Of a DNA stretch of 54,428 bases, positions 27,757-42,438 are shown in pieces. A model generated the notes under the pieces. The model did no database searches, had not been told where the DNA came from, and saw nothing but the letters and a program-made list of their open reading frames with translations. Position 1 is the stretch's first letter. Each line of letters opens with the position of its first letter. The stretch is from contig CAZJVE010000005.1 in NCBI GenBank assembly GCA_964549685.1, forward strand, positions 4,579 through 59,006, written 5' to 3'. The translations under genes and the position numbers were made by a program. The DNA comes from an uncultured archaeon (GTDB lineage: Archaea; Altiarchaeota; Altiarchaeia; IMC4; QMZM01).

Positions 27757-28091
27757 GAATCGGCAGGGAATTCAACTTCGATGCCTCGCATTTTTTGCCC
27801 GACTACAAGGGAAAGTGCGAGAGGGTGCACGGCCATACCTACAGACTCGAGATTGTGGTCGAGGGCGAACCAAAGGAGAGCGGGATGGTAATGGACTTCA
27901 ACGAGTTGAAGGATGCGGTAAATGATGCTGTGATGGAGAAGCTCGACCACAGCAATCTCAACGAAATCTTTGAGAATCCTACCGCCGAGAATATTGCCAA
28001 ATGGATTTTCAAGGAGCTTGAAAAGAAAATTCCCGTCTCATCCGTTAAACTTTACGAGGGGCTTGGAAAGTGGGTTCTGATAGAGAAATGA
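27753..28091 (+). CDS. queD: 6-carboxy-5,6,7,8-tetrahydropterin synthase
   Basis: FDASH.L, C...HGHTY, GMV.DF, LDH..LN, NPTAEN. Confidence 0.93.
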   Translation: MRIGREFNFDASHFLPDYKGKCERVHGHTYRLEIVVEGEPKESGMVMDFNELKDAVNDAVMEKLDHSNLNEIFENPTAENIAKWIFKELEKKIPVSSVKLYEGLGKWVLIEK

Positions 28092-28780
28092 AGGCCGTCT
28101 GTTTGCTGAGTGGAGGGATAGATTCTGCCGTTGCTGCCGCGATAGCGAAGTCGGAGGGCTATGAGGTTTATGCGCTGACCTTCAGCTACGGGCAAAGGCA
28201 CGACAGAGAGGTTGAGTGCGCCAGAAAGATTGCGGGGTGTTTGGATTCCAGACATAAGATTTTTAATATAAACCTACATCAGTTCGGGGGCTCGGCCCTT
28301 ACCGACGAGATTGAAATTCCTTCCGGGAAGACCATTGATGAAATCAGGAATTCGGATGAGATTCCACAGACGTATGTCCCTGCGAGGAATACAATTTTTC
28401 TGAGTATTGCCCTCGCATATGCGGAGGTTGTCGGTGCTGATGCGATATTCATAGGCGCCCACGAGGTCGATTACTCAGGGTATCCAGACTGCAGACCAGA
28501 GTACTTTGAGAAGTTCCGAGAGCTTGCGGGGCTGGCCACGAAGCGGGGGGCCGAGGGCAAGGGTATTGGAATAGAAACGCCACTGATAGGGCTGAATAAG
28601 GCAGATATTATCAGGAAGGGCTCCGGGCTGGAAGTTCCCTTTCAGCACACGTGGAGCTGCTACAAGGAAGGGGAAAGGGCATGTGGTGTTTGCGATTCTT
28701 GCGTAATAAGACTCAACGGTTTCAAGGAGGCGGGGCTTGAGGACCCCATCGAGTATGAAAATGAGATTCAAAGTCAATGA
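28088..28780 (+). CDS. queC: 7-cyano-7-deazaguanine synthase
   Basis: LLSGGIDS, YGQRH, TYVPARN, YPDCR, WSCY...CG.C.SC. Confidence 0.96.
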   Translation: MKAVCLLSGGIDSAVAAAIAKSEGYEVYALTFSYGQRHDREVECARKIAGCLDSRHKIFNINLHQFGGSALTDEIEIPSGKTIDEIRNSDEIPQTYVPARNTIFLSIALAYAEVVGADAIFIGAHEVDYSGYPDCRPEYFEKFRELAGLATKRGAEGKGIGIETPLIGLNKADIIRKGSGLEVPFQHTWSCYKEGERACGVCDSCVIRLNGFKEAGLEDPIEYENEIQSQ

Positions 28781-29375
28781 GATATTCCAGTCGGTTCAGG
28801 GCGAAGGCCTGATGGTTGGGATTCCCATGAATTTTATCAGATTCTGCCAGTGCAATCTGAGCTGTGAGTACTGTGACACTGATTTTAATGAGGGAGAGGA
28901 TATGGGGATTCTTGAAATAATTGAAAAATTAGATGATAAATTCAAATGGGTCTCCCTGACCGGGGGAGAGCCCATGCTCGAGGAGAACCTGATGGATTTG
29001 ATTGATGAGCTTAGGGCCGGGGGATTCAAGATTCTCCTTGAGACCAACGGCACAATCTTCGACAAGGAAGTCTTCGACGCCTGTGAATTCGTCTCGGCCG
29101 ACATCAAGGGCCCGTCGAGCGGGGACCTGGACTACAGCAGGGAGGCATTCGATTATTGCCTGAGGAATCCAGCCAGGAGCCAGCTTAAATTTGTGATTAA
29201 GGATATGGCGGATTTTGAATTTTTTCAAAAGGTTTACAGGGAGGAATACCCGGGCTGGATTCTCCAGCCGGAATTTTCCGAGATGAGGAATCTGGACTAC
29301 GACCTTATTATGAATGGAATCAATGATAATGTGAGAATCATCCCGCAGGTTCACAGGCTTATGGGGGTGAGATAG
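28761..29375 (+). CDS. queE: 7-carboxy-7-deazaguanine synthase (radical SAM)
   Basis: EIF.S.QGEG, CNL.C.YCDT, TGGEP, ETNG, PQ.H. Confidence 0.93.
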   Translation: MRFKVNEIFQSVQGEGLMVGIPMNFIRFCQCNLSCEYCDTDFNEGEDMGILEIIEKLDDKFKWVSLTGGEPMLEENLMDLIDELRAGGFKILLETNGTIFDKEVFDACEFVSADIKGPSSGDLDYSREAFDYCLRNPARSQLKFVIKDMADFEFFQKVYREEYPGWILQPEFSEMRNLDYDLIMNGINDNVRIIPQVHRLMGVR

Positions 29376-29376
29376 A

Positions 29377-30162
29377 ATGCAGGACTCGAAACCGGAGGTT
29401 ATGGAGGCCCTTAGCAGGGTCGGCATAACGGGGCTAAGGACGCTGGTAAAGATTAACTGGAACGGGAATGAATACAAGTTCATCCCTGAGATAGAGCTGA
29501 CCATGGACCTGCCGAAGGAAAAGAGGGGGGTTCACATGAGCAGGCTCGTTGAATCGATTACTGAGAGTATAGAAGAGGAGGCCGAGGTCAAGCACGACTC
29601 CCTGGAAGAGCTGGAAAAGCACATCCTCGAGAGAGTGAAGGAAAAGCACCCGTACAAGAGGGCGGAGATTCTCATGAAAACGGCGCTCGTCATCGACAGG
29701 GAGACCCCTGCAACCAAGAAAAGGACCATGGAGACGCATGACGTATTTGTATCAGTGATATCAGATAATGGGGATTTTACCAAGAAGCTTGTGGTCAGGG
29801 TTCTTGGAAATAGTGTCTGTCCCCATGCCCTGAAGAAGAGCGACGGAATATCGCATGTGCAGAGAGCGGAGTGCTTCCTTGATATTCTTACCGAATATGA
29901 GAACCCGGTGGTCCTGGAGGACATGATAGATTGTGTTGAGCGTGCGTTTCCATCTGAGGTCTATACATTGCTAAAGGTGGAAGACGAGAAGCACGTCGTT
30001 GAGAAGATGTTCCAGCGGCCAAGATTTGTGGAGGACATAACGAGGGATGTGCTGAACAACGCAAAGAAGAGCTTCAAGGGCTGTGAGATTAGTGTCAAGA
30101 CGGTATCCGAGGAGTCGATTCACAGGCACGACGTCATAGCAGAAGGATTCTGCAGGAGTTGA
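29377..30162 (+). CDS. GTP cyclohydrolase, FolE2/MptA family
   Basis: RG.HMSR, CP, H.QR, LK..DE, P.FVED..R, ESIH.HD. Confidence 0.9.
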   Translation: MQDSKPEVMEALSRVGITGLRTLVKINWNGNEYKFIPEIELTMDLPKEKRGVHMSRLVESITESIEEEAEVKHDSLEELEKHILERVKEKHPYKRAEILMKTALVIDRETPATKKRTMETHDVFVSVISDNGDFTKKLVVRVLGNSVCPHALKKSDGISHVQRAECFLDILTEYENPVVLEDMIDCVERAFPSEVYTLLKVEDEKHVVEKMFQRPRFVEDITRDVLNNAKKSFKGCEISVKTVSEESIHRHDVIAEGFCRS

Positions 30163-30218
30163 TTTTGCCTATTAATTAATATAAAATCCAATATTGTATT
30201 CCCCAGAGAGGGTAAAAA

Positions 30219-30977
30219 ATGATTGGAAAAAACATAAGGCTTGAGCGCCTCATAGACCGGAAGTCGAGGAAGACGGTAATAGTTCCCATGGACCACGGAG
30301 TTTCGGTAGGGCCCATCCCGGGCCTTGAGAATATGGCTGAGGCCATTGACAAGATAGCAAACGCTGGAGCCAACGCGGTTCTGATGCACAAGGGCATGGT
30401 GAGAGCCGGGCACAGGGGTTACGGAAAGGATATCGGTCTTATTGTGCACCTCTCAGGAGGCACGTCTCTGTCGCCGTTTCCTAACAACAGGGTTCAGGTG
30501 ACTTCGGTAGAGGAGGCCATAAGGCTTGGCGCTGACGGGGTTTCCGTTCACGTTAATGTAGGCTCGGAGAACGAGAGCGAGATGCTGCAGAACCTCGGGA
30601 TTGTTGCGGAGGAGTGTAACGACTACGGGATGCCGCTGCTTGCGATGATGTACGCAAGGGGTAAAAAGGTTGAGAAAGAGCATGACGTCAAGTACATCAA
30701 GCACGTGGCGAGGATTGGTGCAGAGCTGGGAGCTGACATAATCAAGACCGTCTACACAGGGGATAAGAAGAGCTTCAAAGAGGTGATAGATGGTTGCCCC
30801 GTTCCGATAGTGATAGCCGGGGGTCCGAAGATTGACAGCGAAGCTGATTTGCTTAGAATGGTCGAGGATGCCATGGAGTGCGGAGCCATGGGCGTTTCAA
30901 TAGGGAGAAATATCTTTCAGGCTGATGACATTACTGCAATAATGAAGAAGATTTCTAAGATTGTGCATAAAGCATAA
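30219..30977 (+). CDS. 2-amino-3,7-dideoxy-D-threo-hept-6-ulosonate synthase / class I aldolase family
   Basis: GK..RL.R, PMDHG...GP, AM.Y.RG, ELGAD..KT.Y.G, AGGPK, GRN.FQ. Confidence 0.85.
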   Translation: MIGKNIRLERLIDRKSRKTVIVPMDHGVSVGPIPGLENMAEAIDKIANAGANAVLMHKGMVRAGHRGYGKDIGLIVHLSGGTSLSPFPNNRVQVTSVEEAIRLGADGVSVHVNVGSENESEMLQNLGIVAEECNDYGMPLLAMMYARGKKVEKEHDVKYIKHVARIGAELGADIIKTVYTGDKKSFKEVIDGCPVPIVIAGGPKIDSEADLLRMVEDAMECGAMGVSIGRNIFQADDITAIMKKISKIVHKA

Positions 30978-30978
30978 G

Positions 30979-31893
30979 ATGGTTCACGACAGGGGAGGGA
31001 AGTCTGATATAGGTAAGTCGCGTGACAGGGGCTCAAGAGAGCCCAGACACCATGCCGCCTCGAAGGAGGGGAACATAATGCTGATTGCCGAGAAGAATGT
31101 TGTCACTACGCGCCCCACGAACTCCATAAAGAACGTCGCAAAGCTGATGGAAGGAAATGACTTCAGGAGGATTCCCGTAACCAACGCAGGAACAGGCAGA
31201 CTTGAGGGGATGGTTGTAGCGATGGATATACTGGACTTCCTTGGCGGGGGAGAGAAGTATAACATAATAAAGAAGGAGTATAATGGAAATTTTCTGGCTG
31301 CCATAAACTCCCCCATCCAGAAGATTATGAAGGGGGAGTATCCGTTTCTGGACAAAAAGAGCTCCATGGACGACGTTGTGGAGATAATGGTCAATAAGAG
31401 GGCCAGCGCAATTCCGATAATCGACAGGGATGCAGGGGATAAGGTAACGGCCATAGTCACGGAGAGAGACGTGCTCCCCATAGCCGATAAATTCGGAATT
31501 TCCGTGGGGGATGTGATGAGGAAGGAATGCATTACCTCAAGCCTTGGAATGATGATTTCCGACGTGTCAAAGATAATGGTCAGGAACAGGCTCAGGAGGC
31601 TGCCAGTAATTCAGGAAGATAAGCTCATTGGAATAGTAACGGTATTCGATGTCCTCAGGTTCCTTGGCTACGGGGAATTCCACGGCATCGATGCAGAGGA
31701 GGTGCTCAGCGAAAGAGTCGAAAAAATAATGGAGAAGAACGTCATTACTGTGAATCCAAAGCAGGATTTAGCGGTGGTTTCAAAGCTAGTTAGGGATACG
31801 AACCTGGGTGGATTTCCTGTCGTTGAGGATGACATGCTTTTGGGAATTGTCACAACGACTGATGTGATCCGGGAAATATACAGCAAGTCATGA
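30979..31893 (+). CDS. CBS-domain protein (two CBS pairs)
   Basis: RRIPV, GMV...DI, RRLPV, GIVT..D motifs; start uncertain. Confidence 0.85.
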   Translation: MVHDRGGKSDIGKSRDRGSREPRHHAASKEGNIMLIAEKNVVTTRPTNSIKNVAKLMEGNDFRRIPVTNAGTGRLEGMVVAMDILDFLGGGEKYNIIKKEYNGNFLAAINSPIQKIMKGEYPFLDKKSSMDDVVEIMVNKRASAIPIIDRDAGDKVTAIVTERDVLPIADKFGISVGDVMRKECITSSLGMMISDVSKIMVRNRLRRLPVIQEDKLIGIVTVFDVLRFLGYGEFHGIDAEEVLSERVEKIMEKNVITVNPKQDLAVVSKLVRDTNLGGFPVVEDDMLLGIVTTTDVIREIYSKS

Positions 31894-31955
31894 ATCGGGG
31901 CATTTTTAAAGGCCTATATATAAGTTATAAGTTACTGTTTCTACCAGGTATAAAA

Positions 31956-32171
31956 TTGGAACACGAATTTGTCCCAAAACACGAGGCAATGGCTCCCGAG
32001 GATGCCGAAAATATTTTAAGGACTTACAAAGTAAGTCGTGACGAATTACCAAAAATCAAGATTGATGACCCTGCTATCAAGAGTCTCGAAGCCAGTGTCG
32101 GAGATATTATAAAGATAACGAGGAATAGTCCAACGGCAGGGAAGTCGTTTTACTATAGGGTTGTGATTTAG
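31956..32171 (+). CDS. rpoH: RNA polymerase subunit Rpo5 (H)
   Basis: H.FVPKHE, LPKI...DP, GDI.KI.R.S.TAG...YYR.V; probable TTG start. Confidence 0.93.
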   Translation: MEHEFVPKHEAMAPEDAENILRTYKVSRDELPKIKIDDPAIKSLEASVGDIIKITRNSPTAGKSFYYRVVI

Positions 32172-32183
32172 GAGGAGTATAGA

Positions 32184-35100
32184 TTGATTCGTATATCGGA
32201 TTTCATAGACAACAAGGGCTTGGTTGAATTCCAGATAGGTTCCTTTAATGGGCTTTTTGAAAAGGGGCTCCAGGAAGTGATTGACGAAAGGGAGCCCATG
32301 ACCATTGATATAGAGAATTACACCCTAGAGCTGGGGAAGATTAAGGTAGGCACTCCAGTAGTCAATGAATCCGGTCAGGGCCCGGAGAGGAGGTTTCCCT
32401 TCGAGTGCAGGCTCAGGAATCTGACTTATTCTGCTCCAATTCTGCTTGAATTCATAGAGAACGGCGTTCCTGTGGAGGTGGAGGTGGGGCATTTGCCAAT
32501 AATGCTGAAGTCCAGTAAATGCCTCCTGAACGGCATGAACAGCGAAGAAGTGATACAGAATGGCGAAGACACTGAAGATTTGGGCGGTTATTTCATAATC
32601 AATGGAACCGAGCGTTCTCTCATAATCGTGGAGGACCTGGCCCCCAACAGGATTATAACCACTCATGAAACAATCTCTGGAAAGGACATAATAATAGCAA
32701 AGGTTTTCTCGGTAAGGCAGGGCTTCAGGTCAAGAGTGACTGTTGAGAGATGGGACAGGAAAAAGAACGGTACTCTATTTGTAACATTCCCAGGAATCCC
32801 AAAGAGGATTTCCCTTACCGTTCTGATGAAGGCTCTTGGCCTGAGTAATGACGAGATTCTGGATATCTTCGAGGACGGGGATTCAAAGCTTGAGGTTCTC
32901 ATGAACCTGGAGCTTAATGACATGAATCAGGATGAGGCCTTCGAGTATTTGGGTAAGAGGGCCGGAGCCGGACACGCAAAGCAGTATCAGTCAACAAGGG
33001 CGAACCAAGTGATAAATAACTTCCTCCTGCCCCACATAGGGAACACGGAAAAGGGGAGGAAATCAAAGGCCATTTACCTTGGCCTGATGGCAAAGAAGGT
33101 ATTGGAATTAGCGTATGAGAAGAGAGAGCCGGATGACAAGGACCACTACTCCAACAAAAGGCTCAGGCTTGCCGGAGACCTGATGCAGGAATTGTTCAGA
33201 GTCAGCTTCAACAAGATTGCAAGGGATATAAAATACCAGCTGGAGAAGCAGAATGCAAGACACAGGCAGGTTAACATAAAGACAGCGGTAAGGAGTAACA
33301 ACCTGACTGAGAGTATCTGCTATGCTCTGGCAACAGGAAACTGGACTGGTGGGAGAAGGGGTGTAAGCCAGGTTCTCGACAGAACCAATTATATGAGCTC
33401 CATAGCCCACAGAAGAAGGGTATCCTCCCTGCTAAGCAGGTCACATCCTCACTTCGAGGCAAGGGACTTGCATGCAACCCAGTTCGGTAGATTATGTCCA
33501 AATGAAACCCCTGAGGGACAGAACTGCGGCCTCGTTAAGAATATGGCCAATGGTGCGAGAATCTCAACCGCGGAAGATGAGTCCGTCATAGAGAGATACA
33601 TGTATGATTTCGGAGTGAAGGAGGATGGTTCAAAGCCCAGTGACGCATACATAACCCTCAACGGAAGGTTGATTGGCAGGCATAACAAACCAGCGCTTCT
33701 TGTCCAGAGACTGAGAGGTCTCAGGAGGGAGAACAAGATACAGGAAACCATATCCATAAGCCATCGTGAAGAGAACAATGAGATTCATATCTATACCGAC
33801 AAAGGGAGGGTTCTCAGACCCCTGATAATAGTTGAGAACAAAAAACCCAGGATTACGGACAAGAATATATCAGACCTGAAAGAAGGAAAAATCGGATGGG
33901 GTGACCTATTACATTCTGGAAGTATAGAATACATCGATGCAGAGGAGGAGGAGAACACCTATATTGCTGCAAGAAGGGATGCGATAGGGAAGGAACACAC
34001 CCACCTGGAGGTTTCTCCGTCACTGATTCTGGGCATTAGCTCCAGCTTCGCGCCCTATCCGGAGCACAATTCCTCGCCGAGGGTTACAATGGCCGCGTCA
34101 ATGGCAAAGCAGAGTCTGGGCGTCTACGCTTCCAACTATCATGCAAGGCTTGATTCAAGAGCCAATGTGATGCATTATCCCCAGACGCCCCTGGTAAGGA
34201 CTGATGTTACCGACAGTCTCAAATTCGATAAAAGGCCCGCAGGAATGAATCTCGTTGTTGCGGTAATGAGCTATGAGGGCTATAACATGGAGGATGCAAT
34301 TATTCTAAACAGGAGCGCAATCGACAGGGGGCTTGGGAGGTCCACGTTCTATAGGACATACAGTACTGAGGAGAGGGGATATCCCTCCGGACAACACGAC
34401 ATCTTTGAGATTCCCGGCGAAAACGTTGAGGGCAAGCAGTCGGAGGAAACCTATGAGAAGCTGGATGTGGACAGTGTAATCTTCCCGGAGACCGAGGTTG
34501 AAACAGACGACGTACTTATCGGGAAGACCTCGCCTCCGAGATTCCTTGAGGAGATTGGCCCCTATGGAATAGTGGAAGAGAAGAGAAGGGAGAATTCCAC
34601 CACCGTGAGGCATATGGAGTCAGGGACTGTTGATATGGTCGTGCTTACAGAGACTCTGGAGAAGAATAAACTCGCAAAGGTGAGGATAAGGAGTCAGAGG
34701 ATTCCGGAGCTGGGAGATAAATTCGCTTCAAGGCACGGGCAGAAGGGGGTCGTTGGCCTGATTGTGCCTCATGAGGATATGCCATTCACCAAGGACGGTG
34801 TTGTTCCCGACTTGATAATAAACCCACACGCGATTCCATCAAGAATGACCGTGGGCCACGTGCTTGAAATGATTGGTGGGAAAACGGGCTCATTGGAGGG
34901 GAGGTCTATAAACGCGACTGCCTTTGAGAACGAACCCGAGGAAAGTCTCAGGGGGGGCCTCAAGAAGCATGGCTTTAAGGACAACGGAAAGGAGGTCATG
35001 TATAACGGAAGCACGGGGAAGGCCTTCAAGGCAGAGATATTCGTTGGAGTAATCTACTACCAAAAGCTACATCACATGGTGATAAACAAGATTCATGCAA

Positions 35101-35447
35101 GGAGCAGAGGCCCCGTCCAGATGCTTACACGGCAGCCAACAGAAGGAAGGGCAAGGGAAGGAGGTCTGCGATTTGGAGAGATGGAGAGGGATTGCCTGAT
35201 TGCCCACGGAGCATCAATGATGCTCAAGGACAGGCTTCTTGACGAATCGGACAAGATTGTAGTACCCATATGCGCTAAATGCGGTTTGATTGCGGTACAG
35301 GACCATGAAAGGAGGCAGGTCTACTGCCCCCTATGCGGTGAGGTTCCGACCCACAGGGTTGAGATGGCCTATGCATTCAAGTTGTTGATTAACGAACTTA
35401 TTGGAATGTGCATTCATCCAAAATTAGTCCTTGGTGACAAAGCCTGA
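32184..35447 (+). CDS. rpoB: RNA polymerase subunit Rpo2 (B), unsplit
   Basis: GGYFIINGTE, ETPEG.NCGLVKN, GDKFASRHGQKG, GGLRFGEMERD in one ORF. Confidence 0.97.
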   Translation: MIRISDFIDNKGLVEFQIGSFNGLFEKGLQEVIDEREPMTIDIENYTLELGKIKVGTPVVNESGQGPERRFPFECRLRNLTYSAPILLEFIENGVPVEVEVGHLPIMLKSSKCLLNGMNSEEVIQNGEDTEDLGGYFIINGTERSLIIVEDLAPNRIITTHETISGKDIIIAKVFSVRQGFRSRVTVERWDRKKNGTLFVTFPGIPKRISLTVLMKALGLSNDEILDIFEDGDSKLEVLMNLELNDMNQDEAFEYLGKRAGAGHAKQYQSTRANQVINNFLLPHIGNTEKGRKSKAIYLGLMAKKVLELAYEKREPDDKDHYSNKRLRLAGDLMQELFRVSFNKIARDIKYQLEKQNARHRQVNIKTAVRSNNLTESICYALATGNWTGGRRGVSQVLDRTNYMSSIAHRRRVSSLLSRSHPHFEARDLHATQFGRLCPNETPEGQNCGLVKNMANGARISTAEDESVIERYMYDFGVKEDGSKPSDAYITLNGRLIGRHNKPALLVQRLRGLRRENKIQETISISHREENNEIHIYTDKGRVLRPLIIVENKKPRITDKNISDLKEGKIGWGDLLHSGSIEYIDAEEEENTYIAARRDAIGKEHTHLEVSPSLILGISSSFAPYPEHNSSPRVTMAASMAKQSLGVYASNYHARLDSRANVMHYPQTPLVRTDVTDSLKFDKRPAGMNLVVAVMSYEGYNMEDAIILNRSAIDRGLGRSTFYRTYSTEERGYPSGQHDIFEIPGENVEGKQSEETYEKLDVDSVIFPETEVETDDVLIGKTSPPRFLEEIGPYGIVEEKRRENSTTVRHMESGTVDMVVLTETLEKNKLAKVRIRSQRIPELGDKFASRHGQKGVVGLIVPHEDMPFTKDGVVPDLIINPHAIPSRMTVGHVLEMIGGKTGSLEGRSINATAFENEPEESLRGGLKKHGFKDNGKEVMYNGSTGKAFKAEIFVGVIYYQKLHHMVINKIHARSRGPVQMLTRQPTEGRAREGGLRFGEMERDCLIAHGASMMLKDRLLDESDKIVVPICAKCGLIAVQDHERRQVYCPLCGEVPTHRVEMAYAFKLLINELIGMCIHPKLVLGDKA

Positions 35448-35449
35448 AA

Positions 35450-39329
<3,880 letters not shown>

Positions 39330-39334
39330 GTTAA

Positions 39335-39766
39335 GTGAGTCGGATAAGGCTGGGTTCTGAAGAGATAAAATACATGACAATATTCGAGAATCTCACAGGA
39401 GCCAGCATAAAAGATTGTGTTCATAGCGAGAATATAATGGGGTTCCTCGTGAACCAGGGCGATATGGGCCTGGCAATCGGGAAGAGCGGCTCGAATATAG
39501 AGAAGGTCAAAAAGGCTACGGGGAGGGAAATATTAGTGATGGAATTCTCCGATGACGCGACCGAATTCGTAAGGAACCTCTTCCAGCCGATAAAGGTCAG
39601 GCAGGTTAGAATCCATAATGCCGACAACGAGACGGTTGCAATCGTTGAGGTAAACAGAAACGAGAGGAATAAGGTAATAGGCCATGGCGGCCACAAGATA
39701 AAGATTGCAAAAAGCCTGGCAAACAGGCATCACAACATCAACGACATAAAGATAAAGACGCTCTAA
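39335..39766 (+). CDS. nusA: Archaeal NusA (KH domains)
   Basis: FE..TGA...DC, G.AIGK.G.N, IG.GG; canonical position. Confidence 0.92.
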   Translation: MSRIRLGSEEIKYMTIFENLTGASIKDCVHSENIMGFLVNQGDMGLAIGKSGSNIEKVKKATGREILVMEFSDDATEFVRNLFQPIKVRQVRIHNADNETVAIVEVNRNERNKVIGHGGHKIKIAKSLANRHHNINDIKIKTL

Positions 39767-39767
39767 A

Positions 39768-40196
39768 ATGGGAAGTGGAGAATTCGCAGGTAAAAAGCTC
39801 TCTGAGCTAAGAAATAAGTTCCGGTGGAAGAAAGAGAAGTATTCAAGGAGAGTCAGGAGGCTTAAGGAGAAGCACGACCCACTGGAAGGCGCGCCACAGG
39901 CCAAAGGAATAGTACTTGAAAAGGTGGGTATAGAGGCAAAACAGCCCAACTCCGCCATAAGGAAGTGTGTCAGGGTCCAATTACTCAAAAATGGTAGGCA
40001 AGTGACTGCCTTCTGCCCCAGGAATAAGGCCGTAACGTTCATAGACGAGCACGATGAGGTAATGATAGAGGGTATTGGAGGCAGGAAGGGTAGGTCAATG
40101 GGCGACATCTCAGGAGTCAGATACAAGGTCATAAAGGTTAATGACATATCCCTGAACGAGCTTGTGAGAGGAAGGAAGGAGAAACCCAGAAGATAG
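39768..40196 (+). CDS. rps12: 30S ribosomal protein S12
   Basis: [15 protein letters not shown]. Confidence 0.97.
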   Translation: MGSGEFAGKKLSELRNKFRWKKEKYSRRVRRLKEKHDPLEGAPQAKGIVLEKVGIEAKQPNSAIRKCVRVQLLKNGRQVTAFCPRNKAVTFIDEHDEVMIEGIGGRKGRSMGDISGVRYKVIKVNDISLNELVRGRKEKPRR

Positions 40197-40279
40197 AGCG
40201 CAGAACAGGTATTTATTAATATTCTTTTACAATATCTATCTCCACTACTTTCTTTGTAAGTAGTTATTTTGGCTTAAAA

Positions 40280-40669
40280 ATGATGCATGATTTGATAAAC
40301 GACGCAATAGTGAACATAAAGAATCACGAGAGAATCGGGAGGAGCGAGTGCCTGATAAGGCCCTCCTCGAAGCTGCTGATAGAAATACTCAAGGTATTCC
40401 AGAAGGAGGGCTACATAGGGGAATTCGAGCTCTCCGAGGACAATAGAGGAGGCGGCGTAAGGGTAAAGCTCAACAGAAAGATAAATGACTGCGGCGTCAT
40501 AAAGCCCCGTTATAACGTAAAGAAGGATGAATTCCCCGGGTGGGAAAAGCGTTTTCTGCCGTCCAGGGGCTTTGGAATTCTCGTCGTGAGCACTCCCAAT
40601 GGCGTTATGAACCACAAGGATGCAATGGAGAAAGGGGTTGGCGGCAGGCTCTTGGTATATGTGTACTAA
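40280..40669 (+). CDS. rps8: 30S ribosomal protein S8
   Basis: P.SKL, GYIGEF, IN.CGVIKPR, ST..GVM.H, GG.L..YVY. Confidence 0.96.
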   Translation: MMHDLINDAIVNIKNHERIGRSECLIRPSSKLLIEILKVFQKEGYIGEFELSEDNRGGGVRVKLNRKINDCGVIKPRYNVKKDEFPGWEKRFLPSRGFGILVVSTPNGVMNHKDAMEKGVGGRLLVYVY

Positions 40670-40670
40670 A

Positions 40671-41240
40671 ATGGTGAAGAAAAAGAAGGATTCAGAGGAG
40701 GGCGTAGAGATTGACGTGGACATTCCAGAGGGTGCGAGTGTTGAGATTGGAGAGAATTCAATTACTGCGAAGGGAGAAAAAGGTGAGCTTTCAAAGACCT
40801 TAAAGACAGGGAAGATTAAGGTTTCAAAAAAGGACAGTAAAATAGTTCTGTTTTCTGAGTCAAATAGAAGGAAGGACCTTTCGCTTCTTGGAACCCTGAG
40901 AGGAGATATAAAGAACGTAGTTCATGGTGTTTCTGATGGAATCGAATACAAGCTCAGAATAGTCTATTCACACTTTCCCATGAGTGTGAAGGTTCAGGGC
41001 AATAAGGTGATGATAGAGAACTTCCTTGGAGAAAAGCACCCGAGGAAGGCCGATATTCTTGAAGGGGTTAATGTCGATATAAAGGGCCAGAACGTGACCG
41101 TTTCTGGTATAGACAAGGAAAACGTGGCCCAGACTGCTGCCAACATGGAGCAGGCAACGAAGATAAAGAACCTCGACCCAAGAGTGTTCCAGGACGGCTG
41201 CTACATCGTTGAGAAGGACGGAAAGCACTTGAAGAGATAA
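40671..41240 (+). CDS. rpl6: 50S ribosomal protein L6
   Basis: YSHFP, NFLGEK.PR, Q.AAN.EQ, D.RVFQDG.Y. Confidence 0.96.
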   Translation: MVKKKKDSEEGVEIDVDIPEGASVEIGENSITAKGEKGELSKTLKTGKIKVSKKDSKIVLFSESNRRKDLSLLGTLRGDIKNVVHGVSDGIEYKLRIVYSHFPMSVKVQGNKVMIENFLGEKHPRKADILEGVNVDIKGQNVTVSGIDKENVAQTAANMEQATKIKNLDPRVFQDGCYIVEKDGKHLKR

Positions 41241-41241
41241 G

Positions 41242-41994
41242 ATGACTGAAAAAAAGGAATCAAAGGCTGCTAAGAAGGCGAAGAAGCCCGCAAAGCCCAA
41301 ACATCACGCTGCTCCAAAGGCTGAGAAGCATGCCAAGAAGGAGGCATCAAAGCCTGAGGGGAAGAAACCCGGCACAGGGAAGGTAGCAAAAACTGAGAAG
41401 AAGGCTGTGAAGAAGCACAAGGCGGCTCCAAAAGAGAAGAAACCAATGACTGAGGAGATAGCAAAGCCAGAGAAGGCCGCTCCAACGGCTGATGAGGTAG
41501 CAAAACCAGAGGAGGAGAAGCCCAAGGCCATAAAGAAGAAAAAGGCCAAGGAGAAGAAGGAAAAGCCAATAGAGAAGATTAAATTCACAGGCAAGAAGGA
41601 GCTCTCAAAGGAAGAGAAGCCCCTGATGAAAAAGAGATTCAGTGAAAGGAAGGAGAAGCCAAAATTCAGGAGACAGGAGGCTCATAAGCTCAAGAGGCTT
41701 GACGAGAAATGGAGAAGGCCCAGGGGCATTGACTCGAAGAGGCAGGATGGACAGAAAAGTAAGGGTGCTGTCCCTGCAATAGGTTACGGGAAGACCGCGT
41801 CGGTGAGAGGAATCCACCCCTCCGGCTATTATCCCGTCCTTGTCAGAAATCCAGACGAGTTGAAGGTCATAAAGTCCGATAAGGAGGCCGCAATAATCTC
41901 ATCCTCTGTTGGAAGGAAGAAGAGGAATCTGATTATAAAGCTGGCAAATGAACTCAAGATAGCAATCCTTAATCCAAGGAAGGGTGAATTATAA
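41242..41994 (+). CDS. rpl32e: 50S ribosomal protein L32e with long Lys/Ala/Glu/Pro-rich N-terminal extension
   Basis: KP.F.RQ, WRRPRG.DSK, GY......RG.HPSG in the C-terminal half. Confidence 0.92.
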   Translation: MTEKKESKAAKKAKKPAKPKHHAAPKAEKHAKKEASKPEGKKPGTGKVAKTEKKAVKKHKAAPKEKKPMTEEIAKPEKAAPTADEVAKPEEEKPKAIKKKKAKEKKEKPIEKIKFTGKKELSKEEKPLMKKRFSERKEKPKFRRQEAHKLKRLDEKWRRPRGIDSKRQDGQKSKGAVPAIGYGKTASVRGIHPSGYYPVLVRNPDELKVIKSDKEAAIISSSVGRKKRNLIIKLANELKIAILNPRKGEL

Positions 41995-42437
41995 TGAGTG
42001 TAAAGAGTCAGAAACGGATGGCTTCAGAATTGCTCAAGACTGGAACGAAGAGAATAAAGATAGAGCCCAAGAATGTCGACGAGGTTTCAAAGTCAATAAC
42101 AAGAGATGACGTCAGGGACCAGATTAAGAGAGGTAACATCTCAGTAAAGGCCGAAAAGGGAGTCAGTAAGGGTAGGGCCAGAAGAAAGGCTGAGCAGAAG
42201 AAGAAGGGTAGGAGAAAGGGACACGCCCACAGAAGCGGAAGTGGTAAGGCCAGAGAGCCGAAGAAGAGGGCGTGGATAAGGAAGATAAGGGCCATAAGGG
42301 ATGAGATAAAAAAACTCAAGGAAGATGGGAAAATCGATAAAGGAACATACAGAAAGCTTTATATGCAGGCAAAGGGCAACCTGTTCCATTCAAGAAGGCA
42401 CGTCAGAGAGCATCTGGATAAGGTGAAGGTTAGCTAA
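41994..42437 (+). CDS. rpl19e: 50S ribosomal protein L19e
   Basis: QKR.A, ITR.D, G.S.GR, K..WI..IR, YR.LY..AKG. Confidence 0.95.
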   Translation: MSVKSQKRMASELLKTGTKRIKIEPKNVDEVSKSITRDDVRDQIKRGNISVKAEKGVSKGRARRKAEQKKKGRRKGHAHRSGSGKAREPKKRAWIRKIRAIRDEIKKLKEDGKIDKGTYRKLYMQAKGNLFHSRRHVREHLDKVKVS

Positions 42438-42438
42438 G

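Noticed and set aside
27753-30162. que genes as a 7-deazaguanine DNA-modification (dpd) defence island
   Set aside because: No dpdA/tgt-like gene adjacent and composition matches the host; archaeosine precursor synthesis is the simpler explanation
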